Shown here one piece after another: positions 41,480 through 51,554 of a DNA stretch of 64,000 bases (position 1 is the first letter of the stretch; each line of letters opens with the position of its first letter). The stretch lies in the NCBI GenBank assembly GCA_043739185.1, contig JAYUEN010000332.1, positions 64,001 to 128,000 on the forward strand, written 5' to 3'. A program made the position numbers and the translations under genes. This stretch comes from Bdellovibrionales bacterium (GTDB lineage Bacteria; Bdellovibrionota; Bdellovibrionia; Bdellovibrionales; JAMPXM01). A model generated the notes under the pieces. That model made no database searches and was not told where the DNA came from. It saw only the letters and a program-made list of their open reading frames with translations.

Positions 41480-42187
41480 ATGAAATACAACGGACTTGTT
41501 TCATTGGTTTTTGTTTTGATTGCCTTGGCGCTCTTTTCAAGCTGCGAAAATTCAGATCAAACTTCGCTATCCGCGGCGCAATCATGTCTTGACCATGCCA
41601 ATTCAAAAGCGACAGCAAATGCTTGCGTAGCTCAATTGGGAGCCCTCCGAACTCCTGAAGCTTATCTCGTCATTTGTTCGGCTCACTTTATCGCACAGGG
41701 ATTTACCACAACCCGATTTGTGAGCGCTTATAATGCGTTGACCGCATCTTCATCTGGCACAAATGCGACCGCGCAATCAATGTCCTTCATGGCATTTAAT
41801 AATACGACTGGGAGTGATGGTTCAATTCAGACGCTCAGTGATTGTCAGTCATCTAATGTAAAGTCTCTTGCTCGGCTTGCGGTCTTAGCTCAAATGGCAA
41901 CCCTGGTCGGAACTGTTGCCGCTAGTTTGGGTAGTTCCTATGATCCGAATGCAGGCTATACTCCTGCGCAAATCACCGCCGCACTTGCAGCTTTTGGAAC
42001 TTCACCCGCCGCCGATCCGGCCACACTTGGTTCAACCGCAATTACTGCAAGCCAAGTTTATTGCGCTGCCGGTAGTAGCTTTCAAACTTCAAGCGTTTGT
42101 ACAACTTTGAATGCAGCCCTTGCTGGCGGCTCAACGCCAACGGCTATTGGCACGGCATTGATTGCACAATTGCAAGTCACTCATTAA
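41480..42187 (+). CDS. Cys-rich, Ala/Thr/Ser-rich helical lipoprotein
   Basis: Start MKYNGL with lipobox-like FSSC; six further Cys. Confidence 0.7.
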   Translation: MKYNGLVSLVFVLIALALFSSCENSDQTSLSAAQSCLDHANSKATANACVAQLGALRTPEAYLVICSAHFIAQGFTTTRFVSAYNALTASSSGTNATAQSMSFMAFNNTTGSDGSIQTLSDCQSSNVKSLARLAVLAQMATLVGTVAASLGSSYDPNAGYTPAQITAALAAFGTSPAADPATLGSTAITASQVYCAAGSSFQTSSVCTTLNAALAGGSTPTAIGTALIAQLQVTH

Positions 42188-42203
42188 AAATGCGACGGTT
42201 CTT

Positions 42204-43376
42204 CTAAAAGTCTAAGCTCATACGTAGCATATATTTTCTGCTCTCATAGGGATTTGTAGAAGGACCAACTTCTTCACCGAAACTTGCGAGATCGAGCTGA
42301 AAAACCGCAAAGAGACCAGTGAATCCGGCCGTCCAGTAGCCCTGATTAAATCCCGCTCGCCATGCACCCTGAAACCAAGATTTCATTTTCCAACGAAATT
42401 CAGCGCCCAAATGCGAACCCTTTTTCAAGGTAAAGTTGTCATGACCGATGTCTGTTTCATCAAATAAAAAGCGAGATTTAAATACCCACCAACTCGGGAG
42501 CTCCAATGCGGTACCGATATTCAAACGCCGCTGATCACTTGGTGGCGCTGAATTACCAGCTTTGTTGATTAACTTAAAATTTCCGGCGTTAAAATTTCCA
42601 CCGGCGATATTTTGTACCACCATCGATAAACTTGGGCGAACCGCATGCCAAAAACCACTTCCTGGATCATGAAAAGTATAAAGTGCGCCAAGATCTCCAT
42701 CAACCGATAAACCTTCCTGTGCATCACTAGCCGAAAGCAAATTACTATTTTGGGCCAGATCCAGAGCTAAAAACGATTTGTTATAGTAGGCACGATAGGT
42801 ACCCTTGAGCGTCGCACCTAAAGCGAGTTTGTCTGAAGTCTTCATAATCTCTCGAGCATAACTATAGGCCATGGTGGTGTCTTGAGTTGCAACTACGCTT
42901 GCGCTTGGACCTGCAGATTGATGGAGCTCAATCTCCAAACTCAAGTCCACCGGAATTATTGCGAGCCCCCAATTGGGACGAGCGTAAAGTAAGCCTGCAC
43001 TTGGAATTCTCGAAGAGAAATGCTTTCCGTAATTGGAACTTATTAAATTGGCAATTGAAGTGACATCAACCGAACCACCCGCACCACTCGAGTTCGCGGC
43101 TGCATTTTTTAGGTCAGAGGTAAACTTCAAAATATCTTGGTCGGCAGCGGCCGAAATAAACATATTCAAATTGCCTTCATCAAGCCTTGTGAGGCCGGCC
43201 GGATTATAAAAAATAGCAGAATAGTCGTCTGCCAATGCGGTAAAGGCCCCACCCATTCCGAGCGCACGTATGCTCTGATAGCTGTGATGAATCGTATAGT
43301 CAGGAACATCCGCTCTCAATTGGATTGAAAAAAGTCCAGCTGCGAGCATTCCGAATAAGCAAAATCGTAAATTCAT
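42204..43376 (-). CDS. FadL/PorV/TraF-like outer-membrane barrel (paralogue A)
   Basis: SIRALGMGGAFTALADD.SAIFYNPAGL; SFGEEVG...ESRKY; C-terminal Phe. Confidence 0.8.
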   Translation of the reverse strand: MNLRFCLFGMLAAGLFSIQLRADVPDYTIHHSYQSIRALGMGGAFTALADDYSAIFYNPAGLTRLDEGNLNMFISAAADQDILKFTSDLKNAAANSSGAGGSVDVTSIANLISSNYGKHFSSRIPSAGLLYARPNWGLAIIPVDLSLEIELHQSAGPSASVVATQDTTMAYSYAREIMKTSDKLALGATLKGTYRAYYNKSFLALDLAQNSNLLSASDAQEGLSVDGDLGALYTFHDPGSGFWHAVRPSLSMVVQNIAGGNFNAGNFKLINKAGNSAPPSDQRRLNIGTALELPSWWVFKSRFLFDETDIGHDNFTLKKGSHLGAEFRWKMKSWFQGAWRAGFNQGYWTAGFTGLFAVFQLDLASFGEEVGPSTNPYESRKYMLRMSLDF

Positions 43377-43435
43377 TTTCTACCTTTCGCGACGCAATCA
43401 TTGAGAAAGCGATTTACTCGAGCTATACTTTTTGG

Positions 43436-44089
43436 ATGACAAGACATCTCTCGCGCAAATTTGTTGTTTTTCTATTACTCAGTTTTTTGGTTTCGAATCT
43501 TTTTGTCAAGCGATCGTGGGCAGCGAAAGAAGACCCATCACCTGATTTTAGCGAATCTGAAGATTCAAAGAATAAGCTAGACCAACAAAACAATGTCGAT
43601 CGCCTCGATTCGGTAGATATAGCAAAACCCCCGCCCTTGATCGTGAAACTTCAAGAAAAGGAGTATTTTTACCCCTATTCTCGCACCCTGTCTGCACGCT
43701 TTGGCGGCGTATTAGATTCTCAAAAATTTTCGGATAAGGGATTTTTGCTGCTTGCGGGCGTCATTTATTTGTATCGACATCGTCCGAATGAGTATTACGA
43801 TTTTGGTTTTGATGTGCGAAATGATAACTACGGTACCATTCACGCCGAGCGCAGATGGATTTCAGGGCGAGCCGCGAGTCGCCCTTATGCGAAGGCAGGT
43901 CTGGGCCTCAATTTGATTCCGAGTGATCAACTGGCAACTTTTTTGAAATTTCAAAATTATCAAATTCGGGGAGCCGTCGGTATTGAAAAAATATTTATTT
44001 CACCTATGAGCTTTCGTTATGAAGTTGAGCTCTTACAAGGCGAAGCCACCATTTTAATATTGAGTCTTGGTTATTCGTGGGGCTGGTGA
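43436..44089 (+). CDS. Hypothetical exported protein, probable small beta-barrel
   Basis: Signal peptide from MTRHLS; amphipathic strands; ends LGYSWGW. Confidence 0.6.
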   Translation: MTRHLSRKFVVFLLLSFLVSNLFVKRSWAAKEDPSPDFSESEDSKNKLDQQNNVDRLDSVDIAKPPPLIVKLQEKEYFYPYSRTLSARFGGVLDSQKFSDKGFLLLAGVIYLYRHRPNEYYDFGFDVRNDNYGTIHAERRWISGRAASRPYAKAGLGLNLIPSDQLATFLKFQNYQIRGAVGIEKIFISPMSFRYEVELLQGEATILILSLGYSWGW

Positions 44090-44094
44090 TTCTT

Positions 44095-44685
44095 TTACCT
44101 TAGCGCCACCAACATTTGCTCGACTGCCTTTTCTAATTGACCGAGACCCTCATTATTTTCAATCACAAAGTCAGCGAGCTTCACTTTTTCATCTAGTGGC
44201 ATTTGATTCGCAAGGCGCTGCCTCACTTGAGTTTCATTTGAATGATCGCGCAAAATAGCCCGCTCCAATTGTTTTGCTTCTGAACAATTGACGACGACAA
44301 CCTTATCAAATAGATCTGCCATTTTCTTTTCAAACAAAAGCGGAACATCGTAAAAGGCGAGTGCTTTGCCTTCCCTTTTAAGTTGTTCGCGAGCTTCACT
44401 CGCAAGTTTTCTCACAATGGGATGAATGATCTCTTCAAGTTTGAGTAAACTAGACCTTTGGCTAAAGACTTTGGTCGCTAACTTTTGACGATCCAATTGA
44501 CCCGTTTGAGTTAAGAGGTCCTTTCCAAAACTAGATACAACCAGACGCAAGCCCTCTGTACCTTTGTCCACCGCACTCCGGGCCAGAGTATCCGCACATA
44601 CCACTGAAATGTTTTTCTTTCTTAGAATATTTGCAACACTCGTTTTACCAGAAGCTAGACCTCCGGTCAGTCCAATCCAAAGCAT
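44095..44685 (-). CDS. coaE: Dephospho-CoA kinase
   Basis: IGLTGGLASGKT, LDR..LA..VF, IIHP and DVPLLFE motifs. Confidence 0.95.
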   Translation of the reverse strand: MLWIGLTGGLASGKTSVANILRKKNISVVCADTLARSAVDKGTEGLRLVVSSFGKDLLTQTGQLDRQKLATKVFSQRSSLLKLEEIIHPIVRKLASEAREQLKREGKALAFYDVPLLFEKKMADLFDKVVVVNCSEAKQLERAILRDHSNETQVRQRLANQMPLDEKVKLADFVIENNEGLGQLEKAVEQMLVALR

Positions 44686-44827
44686 GCATACCTCGACCAA
44701 AAAATAGACTCAATTACCACCAGGACCCGACTTCAACATTTTGCCACTTTTCCTTTAGAAGACAACAATTTACTCCGATCAGAATCGTGAAAACTTGCGC
44801 GCAACGGATTCGAAAGATGACTTGCTC

Positions 44828-46855
44828 ATGACATATGAAGTTTACGGAAATTATACACTCTTAGAAAAACTCGCAATGGGCGGGATGGCCGAAGTATTTT
44901 TGGCTAAGAAGTCAGGCGTCACCGGCGTTGAAAAGTTTGTGGCCATTAAGAGAATTCTTCCTCAGCACTCTCAGCAAGAAGAGTTTATCGAAATGTTCAA
45001 GCATGAAGCCTCAATAGCTATTAATTTATCTCACTCAAATATCGTTTCCATTTTCGATTTCGGATTAGAAAAAAAGCAATTTTATATCGTCATGGATTAC
45101 GTTCCTGGCCGAAATCTACGTCAGATACTGAACCATATCCGCAAGGTCGAAGTAACTCTGAGCATGGAGCATGCAATTTTCATCGTTCGCGAAATTGCAG
45201 CTGGTTTAGACTACGCACATCGCGCGATGGACAGCAAAACTGGCAAACCCCTCAACATCATTCATCGCGATATCAGCCCCCAAAATGTGATGATCAGTTT
45301 TGAGGGCGAAGTTCGAATTGTCGACTTCGGTATCGCAAAAGCCGAATCGCAAACCGAAGCGACTCAGGCCGGTACGCTAAAAGGAAAATTTGGCTATATG
45401 AGTCCAGAACAAGTTGAGGGCTTAGCGCTTGACCTCCGCACCGACGTATTCTCTCTAGGAATATTGCTGTGGGAGCTGCTAGCAAATGATCGCTTATTCT
45501 TGGCAAGTAATGAGCAAGCCACAATTCGCAAAATAAAAGAATGTAAAATTCCTCAGTTGCGCAGTTTGAATCCGAGCGTGCCCGCTGAACTTGAGCGCAT
45601 TGTGAACAAAGCTCTAACCAAAGATCGCAATATGCGCTATCAAGCCGCCGCGGCAATGCAAAAAGATTTAACGGTTTTTCTTAATAAATATTTTCCGATG
45701 TTCACCAATCAAGATTTTTCAGGATTCATGAAGAAACAATTCAATTCTGAAATTCTCGAAAATCGCAAAAAGCAAATGGATTACTCTTCTGTAAAATTTG
45801 AAAAGAAAGCAAAAGAATATGTTGAAGTAACTGTGACTAGTTCGCATGTTCCGACGGCCCCAAAACCGCCGCCACCCTCAATTTATGAAGCAACCGTAAC
45901 TGAAAACTCGATCTTAACTGCCAAAAGCTTCACGGGCGATGCGAAGACACCCGAGCCTGAAAAAAAACCAGAAAAGACCGTTACCTTTAAAGAAAATTCA
46001 CGAGTATTCAAACCGCATCCCAATTTAGATAAATCGGCTTCAATGCCAATTCCAAGGCCAAACAAAAAGAAAGAGGACTCTTATAGTACGCCGTCACTCG
46101 AAATTGATCCACTTTCATTTCATCGATCGAGTGCCTCTCGCTACAATATTCACGAAAGAGAAAATAGTTTTACAAAAAAGAAACCGACCGGGCTTCCTCC
46201 CCATCAAATTATTTATGGCGGAATTGGTGTTGCCGTGGTGCTTTTCATTATTTTATTTTATAGCCTTCAGCAAACGGGCATGATCACCAAATATGTTCCG
46301 ACAATAGCGAAATGTATTTCAAACCCTATCAACTGTAATCAGCCAGACCAAGGCAAGCACACCGATACATCCGTACTTCCTCCAAAAGTTAGAATATATA
46401 TCAATAGCAATCCTCCAAACGCCCGCATTTATGTCGAAAACCAACCCGATCAAAAGGGCGTCAAGACCACGCCGGATAATATTGAAATTACCCCAAACAG
46501 ACCTGCAAAGATCACCGTCAAAATGGACGGCTTCAATGACTGGGAAAAAACTGTTTCAGGCGAGTCGTCAGAAACCATTACCGCTGATCTCAGCAAAAAA
46601 CGAAGCGCATATTTGATTGCAAATATCAGAGGCACCGGTGACTTGTACGTGAATCGTAAGAAATTTGATCATTGCAATTTGGTCAGCCCATGCGCTGTAG
46701 ATTCTGATACCGAATTGACGATTGAAGCCTTTGATGCCGGCACTCAAGCTTATGACAAAATCAGCTTAACACTTAGCGATGGCGAGACCAAACAGGTCGT
46801 ATTAATTCCAAAACTAAACAAAGACTCGGTAAACCCCTTGCTACGCGGTAAGTAA
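44828..46855 (+). CDS. Hanks-type Ser/Thr kinase with a TM segment and PEGA-like C-terminal domain
   Basis: GGMAEV, VAIK, HRDISPQN, DFGIAK, GKFGYMSPEQ; Pro-rich linker; SNPPNARIYV. Confidence 0.92.
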   Translation: MTYEVYGNYTLLEKLAMGGMAEVFLAKKSGVTGVEKFVAIKRILPQHSQQEEFIEMFKHEASIAINLSHSNIVSIFDFGLEKKQFYIVMDYVPGRNLRQILNHIRKVEVTLSMEHAIFIVREIAAGLDYAHRAMDSKTGKPLNIIHRDISPQNVMISFEGEVRIVDFGIAKAESQTEATQAGTLKGKFGYMSPEQVEGLALDLRTDVFSLGILLWELLANDRLFLASNEQATIRKIKECKIPQLRSLNPSVPAELERIVNKALTKDRNMRYQAAAAMQKDLTVFLNKYFPMFTNQDFSGFMKKQFNSEILENRKKQMDYSSVKFEKKAKEYVEVTVTSSHVPTAPKPPPPSIYEATVTENSILTAKSFTGDAKTPEPEKKPEKTVTFKENSRVFKPHPNLDKSASMPIPRPNKKKEDSYSTPSLEIDPLSFHRSSASRYNIHERENSFTKKKPTGLPPHQIIYGGIGVAVVLFIILFYSLQQTGMITKYVPTIAKCISNPINCNQPDQGKHTDTSVLPPKVRIYINSNPPNARIYVENQPDQKGVKTTPDNIEITPNRPAKITVKMDGFNDWEKTVSGESSETITADLSKKRSAYLIANIRGTGDLYVNRKKFDHCNLVSPCAVDSDTELTIEAFDAGTQAYDKISLTLSDGETKQVVLIPKLNKDSVNPLLRGK

Positions 46856-46968
46856 GCTCGCCAATTTAAGCTAAACACGACACCGCTTCTTGTATTTTTG
46901 AATTTGATGAAGTATTTTTGATTACGAAAACGACGAGTGAATAAGAATTGCAAAAAAAGTAAAACACC

Positions 46969-48750
46969 ATGGCACAAGATACAATTTGCAGAAGATTTTT
47001 AGAAGTTTGCAGTCGAGATTCAAGTCGACCAGCAATTGTTTTCCCCCGCAAGGGAAAATGGATAGAGCAAACTTGGAGCAATTATAAAAGTGTTGTCGAA
47101 GAAGTCGGACTCGGACTTCGATCTCTCGGAGTTCAAGCTCATGACCGTGTGGCTATCTTAGCGAATACTCGCCCTGAGTGGGCCTATTGTGATATGGGGA
47201 TTTTATGCCTGGGCGCTGTTACTGTTCCTATATATCACAGCAGTACGACTGAAGATATCGCGCATATTCTCATAAATAGTGAAAGTAAAATAGTCATCTG
47301 TGAAAATCTGCTTCTCTATAAAAAACTAAGCGAAATTCGCGCAAAAACAAAAATTCAAAAAATCATTTGTATTGATTTCGATCCTGAAAAAATGAACGAC
47401 TCTGAAGTTTATAGTTTCGAAAAACTTCAGGAATTTGGCGCAAAAGAAATCAAAGCAAACCCACTGGCCTTTCAAGAAAGTTCTAAAAAAGTAAATTTAG
47501 ATGATATTGCAACAATTGTTTATACTTCGGGTACAACGGGTATTCCGAAAGGTGTGGTTCTCACGCATACTCAAATCATGAGCGAAGTGGGCGATATATT
47601 TCCCTTACTAGGAATTTCTGCAAAAGATCGAACTCTTACATTTTTACCATTTACTCATATTTTAGGTCGGATCGAACTTTGGGGGCACACCATAATAGGT
47701 TATACCATGTGCTACGCTGAAAGCATTGATCGCATTCGCGATAATTTTGCGAAAACAAAACCTACTGTGATGGTTGCGGTACCGCGAATATTTGAAAAAA
47801 TTTATGGTGCCATTCAGTTGCAAGCTGAAACCAGTAAAATCGAAAAGAAACTTTTCAATTGGGCGGTTTCAGTCGGAAGCCAAGTAAGCCGTTGCAAATT
47901 AGAGCGACGTGCCTTGCCCATCGCAGTCGCACTTCAATATCAAATTGCAAAAAAATTGGTCTTTAACAAAATCAATCATGGCCTGGGCGGAAATCTACGC
48001 TTTGTATTTTCCGGTGGCGCCCCTTTGAATCCCAATATTGCCGAATTTTTTCATGCGGTAGGCCTCACCTTGCTTGAAGGCTATGGGCTAACCGAAACAA
48101 CTGCCGCAATTACTGTGAATACTCCATTTGATTATAAATTTGGTACGGTCGGCAAAGCCATTGGTGATGTGAAATTAAAAATTGCTGAAGACGGTGAAAT
48201 TTTAGTCCAGAGTAAAAAAATTATGAAAGAATATTATCTGGACGAAAAAGCGACTCAAGAGGTTTTTGAGGACGGCTGGTTTAAAACCGGTGATATTGGT
48301 GAGTTCACTGCTGATGGATTTCTGCGAATTACTGACCGCAAAAAAGATTTGATCAAAAGCGCAGGCGGCAAATTTATCGCGCCCCAAAAAATTGAAGCCT
48401 TATTAAAACAATCCGATTTCATATCAAATGTTCACATTCATGGTGACCAGCAGAAATATGTTGTGGCACTTTTAACTTTGGATACTCAGGCGACAAAGCA
48501 TTTTGCAGAAGCCCACGATATTTCGTATAAGGATTTTTCAAGCCTGGTGGTCAATCCTAAAATTCGCGAACGCGTTCATGAATTAGTATCTGAGGCCAAT
48601 AGCCATTTAGCAAGCTATGAAACCGTTAAAAATTTTGAAATATTAGATCATGAGTTTTCGATCGAAAATGGCGAACTCACACCTTCTCTCAAAGTGAAAC
48701 GCAAATTTGTAGATGAAAAATATAAAAATCTAATTGAGGCGATGTACTAG
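46969..48750 (+). CDS. Long-chain fatty acid-CoA ligase (AMP-dependent)
   Basis: YTSGTTGIPKG, EGYGLTET, TGDIG and LTPSLK motifs. Confidence 0.92.
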   Translation: MAQDTICRRFLEVCSRDSSRPAIVFPRKGKWIEQTWSNYKSVVEEVGLGLRSLGVQAHDRVAILANTRPEWAYCDMGILCLGAVTVPIYHSSTTEDIAHILINSESKIVICENLLLYKKLSEIRAKTKIQKIICIDFDPEKMNDSEVYSFEKLQEFGAKEIKANPLAFQESSKKVNLDDIATIVYTSGTTGIPKGVVLTHTQIMSEVGDIFPLLGISAKDRTLTFLPFTHILGRIELWGHTIIGYTMCYAESIDRIRDNFAKTKPTVMVAVPRIFEKIYGAIQLQAETSKIEKKLFNWAVSVGSQVSRCKLERRALPIAVALQYQIAKKLVFNKINHGLGGNLRFVFSGGAPLNPNIAEFFHAVGLTLLEGYGLTETTAAITVNTPFDYKFGTVGKAIGDVKLKIAEDGEILVQSKKIMKEYYLDEKATQEVFEDGWFKTGDIGEFTADGFLRITDRKKDLIKSAGGKFIAPQKIEALLKQSDFISNVHIHGDQQKYVVALLTLDTQATKHFAEAHDISYKDFSSLVVNPKIRERVHELVSEANSHLASYETVKNFEILDHEFSIENGELTPSLKVKRKFVDEKYKNLIEAMY

Positions 48751-49667
48751 CTTTCTTTCTGATCAATTAAAATTTCGCGCAAAACCTCAGGCGAAAGATT
48801 TCCTCCCGAAATAATACATACAATGTTTTTATAATCTTTCGAATTTGCTAAGCGAATTGCAGCCGCCAAGCTGACTGCCGCAGCACCTTCACAAAGTAAT
48901 TTTTGACCAAAAAGGGCTCTGCTGACGGCAAGCTTGGCTTCATGATTCGAAAGGACAAGGCTATCGACCACCAGACTTCGCAATTCTTTGAAGACCTCAG
49001 GCAAAACCTCGGGAGTACCGATGGCATCTACAAAAGAACTTTGTCTTTCAATCCGAGTAGGTCTCCCGGTACGAAGAGCGTAATGAAATGGCGAGGCGGT
49101 TTCTGGTTCACACAAGTATATATCCATTTGAGGTTTGATTTGCTTCATAACCCGTGAAATTCCGAGGCTCAATCCGCCCAAGCCAAATGGAATTATCAAA
49201 GCATCTGCCGCCGGACAATCTGCCAAAATTTCTGTTGCAATATTGCCGTAGCCCTCTAGGATTCCCGGCGTTTGCAAAGGGTGAATAAATAATTCACCGT
49301 CTCTCTGAATCAAGCCATTTTTTACCAAATCCCAAATTTTATCAAAAGGCAGTTCAATCAAATCGGCGCCAAAGGCCTTAATGGCGTTTTTTTTAATTTG
49401 AGGAGCATTTTCTGGAACAAAAACTTTACAGGGAATTTTCAAAATTTGTGCTGCGAAGGCCACTGCTTGAGCCAAATTGCCAGCACTTACTGTACTTAAG
49501 CCATTCACTAAATTCTGAGGTGCACATTTCGAAATTGCCGCCGCAACTCCGCGGATTTTATAAGAGCCAAAACACTGCAAGTTCTCGGCTTTCAAATAGA
49601 CATTGGCAGCAAGTTTCGGCTCCCAAAAGGGAAGGAGAGGGGTTCGAACTATCAATGACTCAATCAT
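48747..49667 (-). CDS. PLP-dependent Ser/Thr dehydratase or racemase family enzyme (no ACT domain)
   Basis: LKAENLQ..GSYKIRG, SAGN, GLGGL and SGGN motifs. Confidence 0.85.
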   Translation of the reverse strand: MIESLIVRTPLLPFWEPKLAANVYLKAENLQCFGSYKIRGVAAAISKCAPQNLVNGLSTVSAGNLAQAVAFAAQILKIPCKVFVPENAPQIKKNAIKAFGADLIELPFDKIWDLVKNGLIQRDGELFIHPLQTPGILEGYGNIATEILADCPAADALIIPFGLGGLSLGISRVMKQIKPQMDIYLCEPETASPFHYALRTGRPTRIERQSSFVDAIGTPEVLPEVFKELRSLVVDSLVLSNHEAKLAVSRALFGQKLLCEGAAAVSLAAAIRLANSKDYKNIVCIISGGNLSPEVLREILIDQKES

Positions 49668-50647
49668 AGGGCCTGCTCCGAACGAGTGGACATCTTATTA
49701 TTAAGATATTGTCGATAAGCCAAATCAACTGCGAATAGATCTTCTACGGCGAGACCAACAGATTTAAAGATAGTGATTTGATTTTCATTTTCCCGACCCA
49801 TTAGTCGATTTGAAAGCACCGCTCCCAACTCACCCGCGATCAGATGGCCAAGCTTTTGACCATGAAGCGGCCGATAAATCTCGTCAGCTTCTGAAATGCA
49901 AGACTCTTGATGATCTAAAAAAATGCGAATATTGCTTTGAGCTTGAATTTGAATCTCTTGGTAGCCAGGACGACATGCGCCAATCGCATTGACATGGGTT
50001 CCGGGCCTCAAGTCATCTGAAGAAAATAGTGCTTCAGATGAAGCCGAACAGCTGACAACAACATCTGCCTCTTCAAGTGCCGAACGAGGGTCAGTATAGC
50101 TTTCAAAAGAAATATTTCTTTCATGAGCAAAAGAGGCACAAAGGCGCTTTATTTTCTCGATGCTTCTTCCATATACTTTCACTTTTTTAAAGTTTCGAAT
50201 TGGCAAGAGTGCTCGTATATGTTCCTCGGCCTGCACGCCAGAGCCAATTATAGACAAAACTTTTGAATCTGGTCGACTCAAGATTTCGGTTGCTAGTGCA
50301 CTTACAGCCGCAGTTCGCAAAGCAGTTATCGTAGATCCTTCAGCTATGACTTTGATTTCTCCCGTATCAAATTGCAGTAGTACCACCATTCCTTGATGAG
50401 GATTGTGGCCGCTTAAATTATTTTCAGGAAAGACACCAACCGCTTTATAACCCAAAAGCCGTCGTGATTCGTTTACGGCGGGCATTATGCCGAAGGCATT
50501 ACTGGCGTACAAATGAAAGACCTTGCGTACAAAGTTTTTAGTTTCAGCACTTGAAATCGAAATGAGCGCCGCTCTCATTTCATTGCGTAAGTCGTTTAAA
50601 TTTAATAGCTCTCTGATTTCAGCTGAACTTAAAGCCAAGGCTTTCAT
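49664..50647 (-). CDS. Ornithine cyclodeaminase / mu-crystallin family (imine reductase-like)
   Basis: ITALRTAAVS, IGSGVQA, HVNAIGA and FKSVGLAVED motifs. Confidence 0.9.
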   Translation of the reverse strand: MKALALSSAEIRELLNLNDLRNEMRAALISISSAETKNFVRKVFHLYASNAFGIMPAVNESRRLLGYKAVGVFPENNLSGHNPHQGMVVLLQFDTGEIKVIAEGSTITALRTAAVSALATEILSRPDSKVLSIIGSGVQAEEHIRALLPIRNFKKVKVYGRSIEKIKRLCASFAHERNISFESYTDPRSALEEADVVVSCSASSEALFSSDDLRPGTHVNAIGACRPGYQEIQIQAQSNIRIFLDHQESCISEADEIYRPLHGQKLGHLIAGELGAVLSNRLMGRENENQITIFKSVGLAVEDLFAVDLAYRQYLNNKMSTRSEQAL

Positions 50648-51554
50648 AATGCTCCTGATTGCGAGGTCCAATAACCACAAAGTCAATTTGGTTTTCATCT
50701 AAAATAAAATGCAGAGCCTCTTGTCCAACGCGAATGTGCTTTTGTTTTGCCCGCAAATTGAAGTTAGAAATTTTCTCAAAGCCTTCCCTATTGAGCATCG
50801 ACTGATAAGCCTCCGCCCTTAAACTAAGTCGACTGCCCTTTGGAAAGCCTTCATGCAAAGTATATTTTCCTGTTAAAAGCCCGCCTGCGAGTGGGCTAAA
50901 ACTTATATAGTGAAAGCCTTTGTGTTTTAAGAGGGGCAACAATGCATGGGTATCTCGGGACTGTAAATAATTGAACTCGTTCTGAACGCCGAAAAAGTAC
51001 TTAAAATTCTCGGGCCTCAATTGCGAGAGAAATTTCTTTACATAAATATCGCTAACATTCGAAAGTCCTATTTTACGAATCTTGCCAGCGCTGATATGTT
51101 TTAATAAAGCACTTACGCTTTCTTCAATGGGAGTCAATGCGTCTGGCTCATGAATATAATAAAGATCGATGAAATCGGTTTGCAGACGATTCAGTGATTT
51201 CTCCACATGAAAATCGATTTCCATCTCACTGAGCGCGCCCTTTTTGAATCGAATGCCGTACGGGTTGCCAACTTTACTGTGTAATTCAACTGAGTCGCGA
51301 AAACCAGGGCCTTGTATTCTAAGCCATTGCCCCAAATAGGTTTCACTTAATCCGCCGCCGTAGGTATTGGCTGTATCAAATTTATTTATGTGAAGCCTCC
51401 GCGCCAGATCAAGGATGTGAAAGCTCTGACTTTGATTGTCGCCGAAGCCACGAAGAGACGGAAGACTTCCCACTCCGCCGAAATTCCCACAACCAAGTAT
51501 AATTTTATTTATAAATGTACTTTTCATTTGATTTTTAGAAGCCACATCAAGCAT
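50619..51554 (-). CDS. Aldo/keto reductase
   Basis: LGCGNFG, FDTANTYG, SL.RLQTD.IDLYYIH and SPLAGGLLTGKY motifs. Confidence 0.9.
   Translation of the reverse strand: MLDVASKNQMKSTFINKIILGCGNFGGVGSLPSLRGFGDNQSQSFHILDLARRLHINKFDTANTYGGGLSETYLGQWLRIQGPGFRDSVELHSKVGNPYGIRFKKGALSEMEIDFHVEKSLNRLQTDFIDLYYIHEPDALTPIEESVSALLKHISAGKIRKIGLSNVSDIYVKKFLSQLRPENFKYFFGVQNEFNYLQSRDTHALLPLLKHKGFHYISFSPLAGGLLTGKYTLHEGFPKGSRLSLRAEAYQSMLNREGFEKISNFNLRAKQKHIRVGQEALHFILDENQIDFVVIGPRNQEHYESLGFKFS

Noticed and set aside
37996..43376. Conjugative element suggested by TraF-like barrels
   Set aside because: No relaxase, VirB4/TraC, coupling protein, integrase or att sites are visible, and the flanks are housekeeping genes.
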